Below are positions 10,902 to 22,623 of a stretch of DNA of 64,000 nucleotides, piece after piece. The notes below the pieces were generated by a model. It made no database searches. It was not told the origin of the DNA and saw nothing but the letters and a program-made list of their open reading frames with translations. Both the position numbers and the translations under genes were made by a program. This DNA is from Selaginella moellendorffii (Eukaryota; Plantae; Lycopodiophyta), in NCBI RefSeq assembly GCF_000143415.4, contig NW_003314340.1:193141-257140 (forward strand), written 5' to 3'. Position 1 is the first letter of the stretch. Each line of letters begins with the position of its first letter.

Positions 10902-13900
10902 TGTGAGTGCATGGAATATGGAAAGGGAATACAAAAATGTGCATCAATTAGCCCAAAAACCCTAGCTTATATACAGGAGCGAGTGGTCCGGATTGAAACC
11001 AATCCGACGGCTACCAAAATCCACTACGCTAATATTAGTATACGACATCGTAGCCGTACACTTGGCCCTCACATCATCCCTTCCTCTCGGAATAATGGAA
11101 GGCCGTCAGGGTTCTCTTGTAGATGGGCCGGGATCTAAAGGAACGTCAGGAGGAGGCATCGGTGGATCTGTAGACGGTATTAATTGCTCCTGATCCCTTT
11201 GTATGAAGCGTTTTAACCGCTACACATGCACAATCTCCGGAGGATCTGTCGCGAATGTGACTTCGGGTATCGAAAGTTACCTGTCGACCAGTCCTTACGG
11301 ACACTCTTTCCTTACTGCCATGACGGCAGGAGGTCGGTATTGCTGGACCCTTTATTAGTCCCTCTTGTTCAAGTGTTAGTAAACTGGACTTTGCATCTGT
11401 ACTTGGCCGGATGAGCATAAGGAAGGAATTCCTAAGTGTCTATTTAGCTGAGCATACTCGGCCCGGCTTGTTAGTTCTCTTTTGCTCTGTCTTGCACTGG
11501 CTTGACAAGAACCCTCGCGTATTGAGATTGGTCCCTCAATATCGCTACATGATAGCTTACCGTGTCTGCCAAACACCCTCGCTATCATGCCCTTTGTGTT
11601 AGTCTCATTTCGGTCCCAAATACTATTTATGGAAAGTGTTTAGATTCGCTCATTTGGCATATCTACGGAATGTAGAGATCGGCCCGCACACAATGGTGTT
11701 CGTCCCGTGTCCAAATTCACAATCTAGGGACATTCCATATTTAGTAAATTTCGAGTTTGTCCCAGAGACTAACTCCTGATACTAAGGGAGGCTTGGGGTG
11801 AAAGCCCAAAGCATGTGTTCCTCAAGGGGGGGGGGCTATGGGGGGTTCCAAATGTATAGTAGGGATAGTGGGTAGGTCAGGCATGGCCGACCAACCTGAG
11901 GCATAGTCTAGCTCCCGCTTGCGTGCCTGTCCTTGTTCTGTGTCCGGCTTGGGTCTAAGCCCAAGTTCCATTCCATGCTAGCTGGTGGAGTACCCATGTC
12001 CTCACGTTAGGCCACCGGTATGCCGAAATAGCGCCAGACTCCGTTTGGCTCCGTTTTGCGTGCTGGTCCTGGCATTGGGATGCTGGTTGCTCTAGGACTG
12101 TTCCAAGTCGCTCCAGGCCCCTGTCCCTTCGCTCCTTGGGTTGTATGCTCGGGAGTTGCTCTGTGGTTCGGTTCCATCACTCCTTGGCTCCACGCTTGGG
12201 AGTTTGGCACCGTTCGCTGGTTCAGTGGCCCAAGGCCCTGAACTTTGGGTTCCTATGGACACGTGGCATAGACACGTGGCATGTGACACGTGGCATCTGT
12301 CACGTGGCACAAAGAGGGTTTAGGTTCCGCTTCTTGGTGTTATCCTTGATAAAGGGTCAAAACCACGTGCGCTACAGGATTGGCCTGCTGAACGGCATGC
12401 CGAACCTCATAAACTTGTGGTCCAACTTGCCGCAACACCCGATACGGTCCTTTCCACTGCGCAAAGAGCCCCTTAGATAAACCACATACCGTAAGATGGG
12501 GAAAATGGACTAACACTAAATCATCCACTTTGTACTCCGCTGGTGGACGATGATGGGAATTGTAGCGCCGTTGTTGTCCCACTTGTACGCGGCCTAAGTG
12601 TTCAGCAGACTCTGCTTAGACAAGTGGAAGAATGCTTGTCAAATATTGATCCCATGACCTAGCATCAGGAGCTCGTGGCAATCGCGAAGGTAAACCCAAC
12701 TCTGTTGGTAATATTGGATCATGACCATATAGAAGTTTATATGGTGAAGCACCAACAGAACTCTGCACCCCTGTGACATAAGCATACCGAAGAGACGGCA
12801 AATAACCATCCCAATCCGAATGTTGAAAGTTCACATACTTTGCAATCATCCCTTTGAATGTCCGAACGAGCCATTCCACCAGACCGTCTGATTGTGGATG
12901 ATAAGCACTCGTAAAAGTGTGGCGTATCCCCAACCGAGATGTCAAAACATGAAATACCTCAGCCATAAATGCAGGACCATTATCTGAAAAAATCCGTTCT
13001 GGACAAGAATGCTGGAACACCACTCGATTGAGGAGGAAGTATCCAACAGTAGTTGCAGAGGCACTAGCAAGAGCACCAACTTCCACCCAACGAGTCAAGT
13101 AGTCTGAAGCAATAATAACATACTCATTGCCAGCAGTCGATCGCGGAAAAGGTCCCATAAGATCAAACGCCACCAACTCAAACGAACGAGAAACTGCAAT
13201 TGACTCCAACTGTCCTTCCGCAGCACAAGGGGGAGTATTACGAGCTTGGCACCAAACGCAACTACGCACATACCGGATAATATCACGTCGCATCTCTGGC
13301 CAATAGAAAGATCTGCGCAGCTTCTTGGTGACACGACGGTGTCCCATATGCCCACCTAGAATAGGAGAATCATGGTAGGCATGGAGAAACCGCGGAATAA
13401 ACACCGAAGGCACCACCAGCCGTAAATGAGCATCAGGATCCGTCCCCACAAAATAAAGAAGGCCATCTTCAAGGCGATATTGAGAATGTAAATGCCGAAA
13501 AGGCAAGTCATCAGCAAGTGATGCAGGATTCTCAAACCCATCTCGAAGCCTTCGAATCCATGGCTCAATCTTTTGAGCCTCGTGAACCTCATCCAGAGAA
13601 GGTAGATCTTGCTCTACGCCCTATGGACACTGAACGTCAAGGACAGCAACCGCTGACGGCACAGAATCCTCATCTAGAAAATCCACAGATGTTGGAACAA
13701 CAGGTTCGTCAGAAACATGAGAAGTGAGTGGAGAAGGAAGAGGAGCTCGAGAAAGGGCATCAGCATCAGCCATAGAACTCCCTGGGCAATGAACAACATC
13801 GAAATCATATATCTGAAGCTTCAAAGCCCATCGAGCCGTACGACCAACCAGGTTCTTCCGCTTCAATAATGAAGTAACAGTAGCATGGTCACCTTCAAGT

Positions 13901-16900
13901 AACGTCTGAGAACCATGTAGATAGGCATGAAGTTTCTCGAAACCCCAGACTGCTGCTAAACACTCCTTCTCCGTCGTGGAGTAGTTGATCTCCGCTGGTT
14001 GTAATGTACGGCTTATGTATGCAATGGGATGGCGCTGACCAGGCACACTCAAGCTGTCTTGCATCAACACACCTCCAAGACCAATGTCAGAAGCATCCAC
14101 GCGCAAAATAAAAGGTCGAGTGTAGTCAGGATATGCCAAAACCGGAGGAGTCGTCAATAGCTCTTTGAGATTCACGAACACCCGCTCACAATCGGGAGAC
14201 CAGATGAAAGATGACGTTGATGACTTCAGCAACGCTCGCAATGGTGTAGTGCGATCGGAAAGATGATCCACAAAACGACCGAGATACTGCACCTTACCCA
14301 AAAAGCGCTGCACATCATTCACACACTTCGGAGTAGGGAACTTTAGAACAGCCACAAGTTTGTCAGGATCAACTTGCAAACCCTCACGAGAAATACGGTA
14401 CCCAAGATAAGTTGTGTCCTTGGACCCAAACACGCACTTCGACCGCTTCAGCTTTAAACCAACGTCACGTAGCCAATCCAACACTTTACAAATATCACGA
14501 ACATGCTCCTCCCACGTCCCCTCCGAGTGGATCAAGACATCATCAATGAAGTCAGCCGTCACCTCCAGCATATCGCAAAGAACCTCATCCATCATTCGCT
14601 GAAAAGTTGCTGGAGCATTGTTCAAACCAAACGGCATCACCAAAAACTCGTACAAACCAAATGGTGTACGAAAAGCAATCTTAGGAATATCGTCTTTAGC
14701 CATTGGTACTTGCCAATACCCAGAAGCAAGATCTAGCTTGGTGAACCAACGACTTCGCCCCAGACGATCCAAGAGATCAGCAGTGTGAGGAAGAGGGTAC
14801 ACGTCCGGGATCGTCACGTCATTTAACGGACGATAGTGGATGCAGAAACAAATACTCCCATCAGGCTTCGTCACAAGATGAGGTTCACATGCCCAAGGAC
14901 TCCATGACTTCCAAATAACACCCTTCTCCAACATCTCCTTGACGTTTGCACGTAAAATCTTGATCTCCTTGGGTGACCGACGACGAACAAGAACCTTGAT
15001 TGGACGAGCATCCCCGGTTGGAATGGGATGACATATGGCAATCTTGGCCCCAGACGATAGGTCAAATTCAAAGAGATCAGAATACTCCTTCATGAGCTAG
15101 TCAACAGCTGCAACACAAAGATCATCGGAGGGATCGGAAAAGGGAAGAGCAGAACAAGATGGAAACACAAGAGGAAATAATGGGGGAACAAAAGTAATGG
15201 AAGCAGAGGTAGAAGTAGAGGGACGAAGAGGTACGGAAGTGAGAGGAATGGATGAAACATAAGGAAGTATGAGACAAGGGGGAAAAGCCTCAAAGTCACA
15301 CTTGGCATGATTGTGCTGCAACCAATCCATACCAAGAATGAGGTCAAAAGCTTGACTTGGCACCACCCGCAACGACTGCAACTCAATCTCGAGATCACCC
15401 ACACGCACAACCAGGTCCGCCTCATCTCGTGCACATGCATGTGTACGGCCGTTGCCATAAAGAATGAAAACTGGATCCGCCGCACGACGCAAGTGTAGAC
15501 GACAACGTGTGGCAACAGGTCGAGCAATAGAAGATAAACTCGAACCTGTATCAACCAACACGGAGAGAAGAATAGAAGACCTCTTGTTATAAAAACGAGC
15601 TTGGAAAGTAAACACTGGATGAACCGGTGCCGAGTGAACCCCTTGATGATACTCCCGAAAGAAAGATGGAGGGGTCACTAACTTATTCGCGCAAGGTCCC
15701 TCCATTACTCGCGCGACTCCTCGTTTCCCGAATGCACCCCGGTATCCAAACCTTCCACCGCAGCAGCACCAACGAGACGTTGCTGACGCCAAGGTCTCCA
15801 CCCAGGAAATGGAGGTCGCCAATTCGGAAAGTGCCGACAACGCCGATAAGTATGACCAACTTCATCACACGCCCAGCAACGAACGTCACGGCCACGACCA
15901 CGTCCTCGCCCTTGTCCTTGGACTCGAGTAGCAGCAGCATCAACCTCCATGGGAACAGGACCATCACTCATAGGAAGTGGAGCTGAAGGACGTGTAGCAA
16001 GAAGTGGAAGAGGCGACGTCTCATAACGTTGTGCCAAGCGAAGAGCATCGTCAAGAGTGGCAGGAGCAAGTGCATGCACAAGTCCGACAAGATCTTGACA
16101 AAGTGCTGGCCACAGCATTCCTAGCTTGATCCGCTCCGACATATTTGGCTCCGCACGAAGCAAAAGACTTCGGAAACAAATGCCAAATTGCATCACCGAC
16201 TCAGATGGCCCTTGGCGAAGACGATGCAATTGTTAGAAGGCATCATCACAATCGTCGGCGTGTCCAAAGGCGCGTTTGAAGATGTCCGGAAGAACACTCC
16301 AATCGCCACGAGTAGCTGCGCTCAATCCATTGTACCACTGCAATGTCATCCCTTGAAGACATGTGGGGAACTCACGCAAACGTCGAGCATCATCCCAAGA
16401 ATGATATGTGGCAATCACCGTGAAGTGATCGAACCAATGGTACACATCATCCCCAGGATTCCCACGAAAGAACTCCAGCCGAATGCGAGGTTTAGCACCA
16501 AAAGCAGGAGGAGTTGTACCATGTGCCGTGAATGCCGCCATCAACTGAGTTTGGTTGTTCAATTGCAAGCGCATAGCATCAAACAATTGAACCAACTGCT
16601 GCTCTAGAGTCAAAGGAGGAGATTGCGGATCGGCCATGAAAATGAATGAGAAAGAAAGAGCAAAAGAAGAGAAATGACAAAAAGCTGGAAAGAAATGGTA
16701 GATCTAGACATTGCAAAAAGCTAGATCTAAACCAAAATCCTGAAAGGAAAGAACAAAAGAAAGGAAATGGAAAAAGCTAGATCTAGACAATGCAAAAGCT
16801 AGATCTAAACCGAAATCCCAAATCCAAACACTCCCCAGGGACAATCAAAAGTGCCCCTCATCTCCACCAATGTGAGTGCATGGAATATGAAAAGGGAATA

Positions 16901-17042
16901 CAGAAATGTGCATCAATTAGCCCAAAAACCCTAGCTTATATACAAGAGCGAGTGGTCCGGATTGAAATCAATCCGACGGCTACCAAAATCCACTATGCTA
17001 ATATTAGTATACGGCATCGTAGCCGTACACTTGGCCCTCACA
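10902..17042 (-). mobile_element. Full-length Ty3/gypsy LTR retrotransposon with 172-bp LTRs and a tRNA-Ala-type PBS, degenerate
   Basis: LTRs 10902-11073 and 16871-17042 (6 transitions by eye). PBS TGGTGGAGATGAGGGG at ~16854-16869; PPT rc at 11074-11088. gag 15705-16637 (CWACDEVGHTYRRC), protease VDTGSS, RT FIDD, RNase H DASDIGLG, integrase HPQSDGLVE. GGGAAAC slippery site at 15723-15729. Confidence 0.93.
11247..12376 (+). mobile_element. Solo LTR (~1.13 kb) inserted in the 3' end of the Ala-primed element
   Basis: TGTCGCG...GCTACA flanked by GGATC/GGATT 5-bp target duplication. The empty site is visible in the paralogous copy at ~60220-60235, and the sequence is homologous to the LTR at 61956-62867. 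Confidence 0.88.
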
Positions 17043-17129
17043 TAGTTGATTATTTTATTCATAAAGCATTAAAATAAAGTTATTCACAAAAAAAATATTC
17101 ACTCTCTTATGGGGTAACCCGTGAAATAA

Positions 17130-17620
17130 ACTTTAAATCTCTACCAGTTTTGGAATTTGATCTGATAATACCACCAAAGACATCCATAATCTATCAACTC
17201 AACAAAATGGGCTTTAGAATTGCAGATCATTTCGTTTCATTCACTAAAGAGTGAAGCACAAAAGACTACATTGCAGACATTCACAAAGCCAATTAACAAA
17301 GCAGCAGCACCACTTTTTGTTGAAATTATATTGCCACCATCCACTACAATCGTAGGTCTTACTTTTGAACACATTAGAAAGGCCACACATTCAGAAATCG
17401 TTGAAAGGCTAGCCATGGCGGGGAATTCTTGTGCAAGGCTCCATAACAGAGTTGTTTCCAGATTCTCATAGGACCTTCGAGCATCAAGGAAAATCATGTG
17501 GCAGCCTTCTTGAGAAAGGTATCTCACAGTGGCATGGTGGACTTTCCAGTGCCGGCTGGTCTGATAATATACCGAAATCCATACATATGTGTTGCCTTGC
17601 CTCTCATCGCGACTCAGAAA
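17130..17620 (-). pseudogene. Degenerate coding remnant with a P-loop-like motif
   Basis: The minus strand near 17537-17575 encodes YIIRPAGTGKST (Walker A-like), followed by ORF 17237-17527; stops are present. Confidence 0.3.
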
Positions 17621-17669
17621 TTACACCCTCTTCCAGTGCTACTTATGGGCATCTGCAGATGAAATCAAT

Positions 17670-18090
17670 CAGCCTTCCTTGCCCATACAATGGCAAGGGA
17701 TTGAGCATGGGCCAATCTTAAGGATCCTAGCGAAGAAATCCAGAAAAAAATCACTTTTTCTTTTCCGTGCTAGAACTCATCTCTTACCTTGGAGGTGAGG
17801 ATTGTGGCGTCTTGTTCCAAGAAGAGAGTCATGTGGCTCATGAGATTGAAGCATTCGGTGAGCTGATCATCACACTTCCCAGCTCGCCAAAGCTGCTAAT
17901 GTGATTGATCACCTTCTGGAACGCCTTGGTGTTAAGCGTGATCCCATCACTCACTCCCCCAAAATCGGCAATGGAGAAAACGCACAGCTGCGCCATCGGT
18001 AGCCTCGGGGCCAGCCTGCTCTCCACGCTGTTGCATCCCTAGATAGCCAGCGAGCAATCACCCAACAGAAACAGTGATGGCAATGCATTT
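17670..18090 (-). pseudogene. GH28 polygalacturonase N-terminal remnant
   Basis: FSIADFGGVSDGITLNTKAF, SHMTLFLEQDATIL and WPMLNPLPLYGQGR motifs; truncated and with stops. Confidence 0.7.
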
Positions 18091-18626
18091 TTCATGGTGC
18101 TTTCTTCACTCGACAGTCAACACTTTGCATGGATGCTGCAACACCTCATTCCACCGCCAGGAGGATGATCGATCCTGCTCCAGTTGCCAGATCTTCCGCG
18201 AGGCCTTGGGCTACTGCTACTGCTTGAGCCCGATGACGAGCGCAGTTACAGTCAACACATTTCTATGTGACGTGTGTCGCAGCACGTTCCTCTCCCGCTC
18301 CATGCAGCTTGGCCGCCTCCCATTGGCTGAGAGCAAACATTAGTGCAATCATTCGCAAACACGTGGTTAAAGAAATAACCCTTTTACAGTTACCCCGCCC
18401 CCCCCCCCCATCGGACGGTTGCGATTGGCTGCATCCAGCAGCCCAGAAAGTTCGGTAACTGATAGATATGTAGGATATTCGATAATCTTGAGTGTCTAGT
18501 ATTCCACTAAGGTAACGTGTTTGATTTGGCTTCCACTTCTTCAGAGTTTATAACAATTTCCTGACGTCCAATCCATCTTCCTGCCACCTTTATAAATCGG
18601 TGTCAATCCTCCCCAAAGAACCAGCA

Positions 18627-19846
18627 ATGGATCTCCGACTCCAAGCACTGCTTGCGCTGCTACTCATCGTCGCGGCCTCCGCCGAAGATTGTGGCCGTCA
18701 GGCCGGGGGAAGAACTTGCCCACCCGGAATTTGCTGCAGCAAATGGGGGTGGTGTGGAGTCACCCCGGATCACTGCGGCCATGACTGCCAGAGCCAGTGT
18801 GGCGGATCAACCCCCCCAGGTGACGGCATTGGGTCGATCATCACGTCCTCGATCTTCGAGGACCTGCTCAAGCACCGCAGGGATTCCGGCTGCGCTGGCG
18901 GCTTCTACACTTACACCGCCTTCATCACCGCCGCGAGGTCCTTCCCGAGCTTTGGAAACGAGGGATCGCTGGAGGAGAGGAAGCGAGAGCTGGCCGCGTT
19001 CTTGGCACAGACATCCAAGGAGACCACGGGTAAGTAAGAATGATCGAGAGATCGATCATGCCACCACTCTGTTGGCTTCCAGAGCTTTGAGTTCTCGAAT
19101 TTCTTGGAATTCCAGGGGGATGGGCGACTGCTCCAGATGGGCCATATCGCTGGGGCTATTGCTTCGTCGAGGAGAGGAACAAGGACACTTACTGTCAAGC
19201 ATCGCAGCAATGGCCCTGCAATGGGGGCAAGAGATACTTTGGTCGAGGACCCATCCAGCTGACATGGTAGTACCAAAATCTCTGTTCTTGCTTTTTTTTT
19301 CTTGCGTTCTCGTGTGGAGTTTCAAGCGAATTTCTCTTGGTTGGAGAGTTTGACTTGATATGACAATGTTCTTGCGCTTGGATAGAGCTACTCATCTCTA
19401 GATTGTCATTTCTTGGCAGTGCCACTTACAAATCTTCTCTCTGTGGCAGGAATTTCAACTATGGGCTGGCCGGATCACAGCTTGGCTTCGATGGGATCAA
19501 CGATCCAGACATTGTTTCGAGAGATCCGGTGGTTTCCTTCAAGACGGCGATCTGGTTCTGGATGACTGCGCAGAACCCCAAGCCTTCGTGTCACGACGTC
19601 ATTCTCGGGAAGTGGAGGCCATCTGGCGCGGACTTGGCCGCTGGGAGAACCGCGAGCTACGGGACGGTGACCAACATCATCAATGGCGGACTTGAGTGTG
19701 GGATAGGCGAGGATCCCCGTGTCAAGGATCGCATTGGCTTCTTCCAGAGCTACTGCCAGGTCTTGGGGATCAATCCAGGATCAAACCTTGACTGCTACAA
19801 CCAGCGGCCTTTCACACAGCTGCTGATGGAGAAAGCAAGCCAGTGA
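18627..19846 (+). CDS. Class I chitinase (signal peptide + hevein domain + GH19), 3 exons ~18627-19029, 19116-19266, 19450-19846
   Basis: [23 protein letters not shown]; [24 protein letters not shown]; [15 protein letters not shown]; IINGGLECG; GT-AG introns; TATAAA at ~18591. Confidence 0.95.
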
Positions 19847-20302
19847 TAAAATCTACAGGAATAAGAACTTGCAAAGAATAAGGACCTAACTCTCAAGATG
19901 CAAACTGGAAAAACTTGAAATGTGCTCCTTCATCTCGCCCTTTCAGCTCTCGAAATCTTCTCTAAAAGCCCGCGAAGATTTGCTTTGCTGCTCGTCAACC
20001 CTGCGAAATACAAAGAAACAACGCATTAGAGAGACGATAGAGGTAGTGATCGATTGATGGTTTTTCCAATCACTGTACGAAATGAAATGAGACAGTAAAA
20101 CTCGTGCACAGGTAAAGGTTAATGCATAGAAGGAGAAAGACAACACTCTACCTGGAAGCTATCCACAGTGCTCCTATAATCCACAATGCTCCACACGGGC
20201 AAAATCTTGTGCTCCATCGACGCATATTTGCGAAACTTTCTCTGGAAAGAGAGCGAGGAACAAGGATTAAATCCAGAGGAAAACCAGCTAGTACCTGGAG
20301 CT

Positions 20303-22570
20303 TTAGACCCACCAACGGTCTAGATCTGCCCAGCCCGCAGGATCCGACGCCCGAAATTCAATCTCCCGGCTCAGCCGCTCCGCGCGCTCGCTGTCGTCGT
20401 GGGTCTGGCAAGCTCCGAACACCGCCGTGAGCGCCACCCTGTTCTTCCCCAGCGGCATGGATCTCGCCAGCTTCTCCGCCTCCTCCAGCCACCCAGCTCG
20501 CCCCAGGAGATCCACCAAGCAATCCAGATGCTGGACAGAGCTCTCAATCCCGTGATCGCCCACCATAGCCAGAAAGTAGCGCCGGCCTTCCTCCACCATC
20601 CCAGAGTGGCTGCAAGCGAAGAGGATGGTGATGAAAGTCACGTCGTCCGGTTTGATCCCTTCCAAGTCCATCCGCTGGTAGAGCTCGAGAGCTCGCTGGC
20701 TATGGCTGTGCTGAGCGAAAGCCGAGATGATAGCAGTCCAGGAGATAAGCGTCGCCGCTGCCATCCTTCCAAAAACTCTGCTTGCCTCCGCCAGGCTCCC
20801 GGACTGGCCGTAGAAAGTTATTAGCGCGTTGGACACCGAGGTGCTCGCTTCTAGTCCCTCCTCAACAATCCTGGAGTGGATCATCCTCCCTCTGGCCAGG
20901 GAGTTTTGATCCATGCACACCGCCACCAGCCGCATGAACGTTGTCTCGTCGCCTCTCACTCCTTCTAGCTCCATCCTCCAAAAGAGCTCGAAAATCTCCT
21001 CGCCGCGGCCAGCGTTCACGTAGCTCGTGAGCAGCGCGTTCCAGCTCGCCACCGTTCTCGCCGGCATCTCGTCAAAAGCCGACTTTGCTGCCTCCAAGCT
21101 CCCATACTTCCCGTAGCAGCTCACGAGACTGGTCCCAAGAACAGCATCCCTCTCCGACTCTGTCCCCGTTATACACTCGTGCAGCGTCCTTGTCTGTTCC
21201 AAGCTCGAGCAGCTGAGAAGAACCGTGGCAAAAGTCACCTCGTTCGGCCTCACTCCATCCAAATCCATGCTCCGGAACAGCTTCATTGCTTGATCCGAGA
21301 GACCCTCCTGCTGATAAGCCGAGATCATGGCTGTCCACGCCACCACGTCCCGGCTGGAAATCTTCTCAAACATCCTCTTGGCGTCGACGAGGCTCCCGCA
21401 GCGAGAGTACATGTCTAGAACGGCGGTCGCGACAACGGGACTGCTACTCTCCATTCCCAGTGACTTCGCCACCCCGTGCACCACTCTCCCATCTCCAAAA
21501 TTCTTGGAGAAGCTACACGCATCCAAGCAGTTGACGAGCGTGGCATGGTTGGGAGCCACGCCTTCGGCGAGCATTGCTCTGAACAGCAGCAGCCCCTCGT
21601 CTGCGAGCTCGTGCTGCGTGAGAGACGAGATCACGACGCTCCACGAGACGACGTCCTTGCGTGGGATCCGATCGAAAGCTTGTCTGGCGGAGCTCGGATC
21701 TCCACACTTGCTAAACATGTTGGCGATGGAGTTCCCGACGATGGTGTAGCAGTCGTAGCCGCTCTCGTAGACATGCTCGACCAAGGCTTCTCGCTCCAGA
21801 AAACTTGGAAAGCTGCAGCAGGCCTCGCATATAGCCACGAAAGTCACCTCGTTCGGCTTCACACCGTCCAGGCTCATCCCGTGATACATGCTCCAAGCTT
21901 GCCGGCCGTGTCCTCCCTGGGCATACGCTGTGATCATAGCACTCCAAGTGATCACATCCCTCTCCGCCATCCCGTCGAATACTGCTCTTGCTTCTCTCAC
22001 CCGCCCATATTTCCCATACATGTTGACGAGAGCTGTCTGGAGAGGCCGATACGTTTCAAACGAGCTCCCAGTGATACACCCATGAACTGTTCTTCCATCG
22101 GCTAGACGATCCAAGCTCGCCGAGCAAGAGCTCAAAACCGTGATAAGCGTCACCTGGTTGGCCCTCACACCTTCCTGATTCATCCTCCGGAAGAACTGTA
22201 CTGCTTCCCTGTGATCTTTGTTCTCAGCGTAGGCAGCGATGATAACTGTCCAGGAGAAGACGTTGGGCTCCTCAATCCCGTCAAAAACCTTCCTTGCGTC
22301 ACTGACACTGCGACACTTCCCGTATGCTAGCACCAACATGTTCGCCAGGTGCCTGTTCTCCGGAAAACACTTGACAATGTGATTGTCAAGCCGCTTCACA
22401 CCTTCCAGAGATTTACACTCGCGTAGCCTGGAGACAATGCTCGAGGGATCTAGCAGCTCCAACCCATCTTCATCTTGACTACAACGATCCTGTGATAACG
22501 CTGCAAGACCAGAAAACGAGAACCTCAGTCGCCAACTATGGACTACTTGGTGTCTCTTGAATACGAGCAT
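20303..22570 (-). CDS. PLS-class pentatricopeptide repeat protein with truncated E domain, intronless
   Basis: Repeated P-L-S motifs (DVVSW..MI.AY, PNEVTF, ALVNMYGK) and CLVDLLGRAGWLEEAE; no DYW domain. Confidence 0.9.
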   Translation of the reverse strand: MLVFKRHQVVHSWRLRFSFSGLAALSQDRCSQDEDGLELLDPSSIVSRLRECKSLEGVKRLDNHIVKCFPENRHLANMLVLAYGKCRSVSDARKVFDGIEEPNVFSWTVIIAAYAENKDHREAVQFFRRMNQEGVRANQVTLITVLSSCSASLDRLADGRTVHGCITGSSFETYRPLQTALVNMYGKYGRVREARAVFDGMAERDVITWSAMITAYAQGGHGRQAWSMYHGMSLDGVKPNEVTFVAICEACCSFPSFLEREALVEHVYESGYDCYTIVGNSIANMFSKCGDPSSARQAFDRIPRKDVVSWSVVISSLTQHELADEGLLLFRAMLAEGVAPNHATLVNCLDACSFSKNFGDGRVVHGVAKSLGMESSSPVVATAVLDMYSRCGSLVDAKRMFEKISSRDVVAWTAMISAYQQEGLSDQAMKLFRSMDLDGVRPNEVTFATVLLSCSSLEQTRTLHECITGTESERDAVLGTSLVSCYGKYGSLEAAKSAFDEMPARTVASWNALLTSYVNAGRGEEIFELFWRMELEGVRGDETTFMRLVAVCMDQNSLARGRMIHSRIVEEGLEASTSVSNALITFYGQSGSLAEASRVFGRMAAATLISWTAIISAFAQHSHSQRALELYQRMDLEGIKPDDVTFITILFACSHSGMVEEGRRYFLAMVGDHGIESSVQHLDCLVDLLGRAGWLEEAEKLARSMPLGKNRVALTAVFGACQTHDDSERAERLSREIEFRASDPAGWADLDRWWV

Positions 22571-22623
22571 AGGCCACTGACCTAGGCAGCCAAGATTCTC
22601 CTTTAAGAAAATAAAGAGTCTGC

